Assembly: GCA_963727805.1 (NCBI GenBank)
Contig: CAVSHF010000005.1
Coordinates: 448,001 to 512,000 of the forward strand
Reading direction: 5' to 3'
DNA length: 64,000 bases
Origin: an uncultured Nitrospiraceae bacterium
GTDB lineage: Bacteria > Nitrospirota > Thermodesulfovibrionia > Thermodesulfovibrionales > Dissulfurispiraceae
The notes under the pieces were generated by a model. It searched no databases and was not told where the DNA came from. It saw only the letters and a program-made list of their open reading frames with translations. A program made the translations under genes and the position numbers. Shown piece after piece: positions 63,249-64,000 of this stretch (its first letter is position 1; every line of letters starts with the position of its first letter).

Positions 63249-64000
63249 CTAGGGTCTATCCGCCATGAAAACTGCATCCAGTTTCTTCCAGCAGCAGTCG
63301 GCGGTGAATTTCTCCCGGAAGTAATCGATCCCCTCCTGTCTTACCGAGCAGTAAAGGGCTTCGTCGGCAACCAGTCGAGTCACCGCATCGGCAAAGCTAC
63401 GTTCATCGTCGGCAAGGATGCAGCCGTTGCGGCTCTTTTGCAACATCCCGGTGAGACCCCATTTGGTGGTGACGACCGGTCTACCATAGGATAATGCCTC
63501 GACAACTTTCACCTTGAGACCGGTCCCCGAAATCAGGGGGCAGATGACAACCTTTGCTTTGCGGTAGATCGTGTCGAGATCGACTACATGAGGGATGAGT
63601 GTGAGGTTGGGCTTGGGTGCGACGGAACCCGCTATCTTTCCCACCACGGAAATCTTGAAGGTATCCGGTAGCAGAGGATATACCCGCTCCATGAACCAGG
63701 CCATTCCTTCTTTGTTAAATACGTTGTCGGAACCGATGAACATGGCATCGTACTGATACTCCCTCTCCGTTTGGAACCTCTCGACAAACGCTACAGGAAC
63801 GTCCACAAACCGAGTATGGGGGCAGAAAGGAGCAAGCATTACCGTTTCTTCTTCCGCAATGCTCAAGGCAAAGTCAAACTTGCTGATTGCATTCACCTCT
63901 GCCTCAAACATCCGGCCGAATTTGAACACTTTGTTCTTTGAAGTCAGATGCTCATTTAGCGTCACGAAATCATGGAGGTCGATTACGGTGGTTATATTTT
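63249..64000 (-). CDS. GT4-type glycosyltransferase, 5' end outside window
   Basis: GTGLKVKVVEALSYGRPVVTT; frame open to the window edge. Confidence 0.88.
   Translation of the reverse strand, partial: NITTVIDLHDFVTLNEHLTSKNKVFKFGRMFEAEVNAISKFDFALSIAEEETVMLAPFCPHTRFVDVPVAFVERFQTEREYQYDAMFIGSDNVFNKEGMAWFMERVYPLLPDTFKISVVGKIAGSVAPKPNLTLIPHVVDLDTIYRKAKVVICPLISGTGLKVKVVEALSYGRPVVTTKWGLTGMLQKSRNGCILADDERSFADAVTRLVADEALYCSVRQEGIDYFREKFTADCCWKKLDAVFMADRP

Overview
This is a bacterial window from a cytochrome-rich, probably anaerobic organism. The gene content is Geobacter-like and a Nitrospirota/Thermodesulfovibrionia-type host is plausible, but taxonomy cannot be fixed from this sequence. (1) About 1-17 kb is a decaying accessory region. 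It holds an intact IS256-family element (inverted repeats plus 8-bp target duplication) inserted in an HTH-receiver pseudogene, a 3'-half tRNA-Thr remnant, a repeat-flanked PepSY + S53 protease cassette, and a duplicated, partly frameshifted kinase/REC/GGDEF-EAL cluster. (2) About 17-28 kb is housekeeping: acylphosphatase, DegP, an ABC-2 exporter, a cold-shock protein, a metallophosphoesterase and a cardiolipin synthase-like enzyme. (3) 28.3-33.8 kb is a module with an upstream sigma54 motif: DUF3373-type porin, a small exported protein ending in Cys, a 9(+1)-heme cytochrome, and a pentaheme cytochrome read through an in-frame UGA with a SECIS-like hairpin (selenoprotein, split in two by the ORF track). 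(4) 34-40.5 kb holds REC-HD-GYP, REC, a heptaheme cytochrome, a broken phosphomannomutase, and gmd/fcl. (5) 40.8-58 kb is a co-oriented OmcS-type cytochrome nanowire locus with beta-propellers, a beta-barrel, PelC/CsgG-like lipoproteins, a SurA-like chaperone, and 26-, 16- and two 6-heme cytochromes. (6) 59-64 kb holds glycosyltransferases, one of them a pseudogene. Family assignments come from motif recognition and recall, not database searches.
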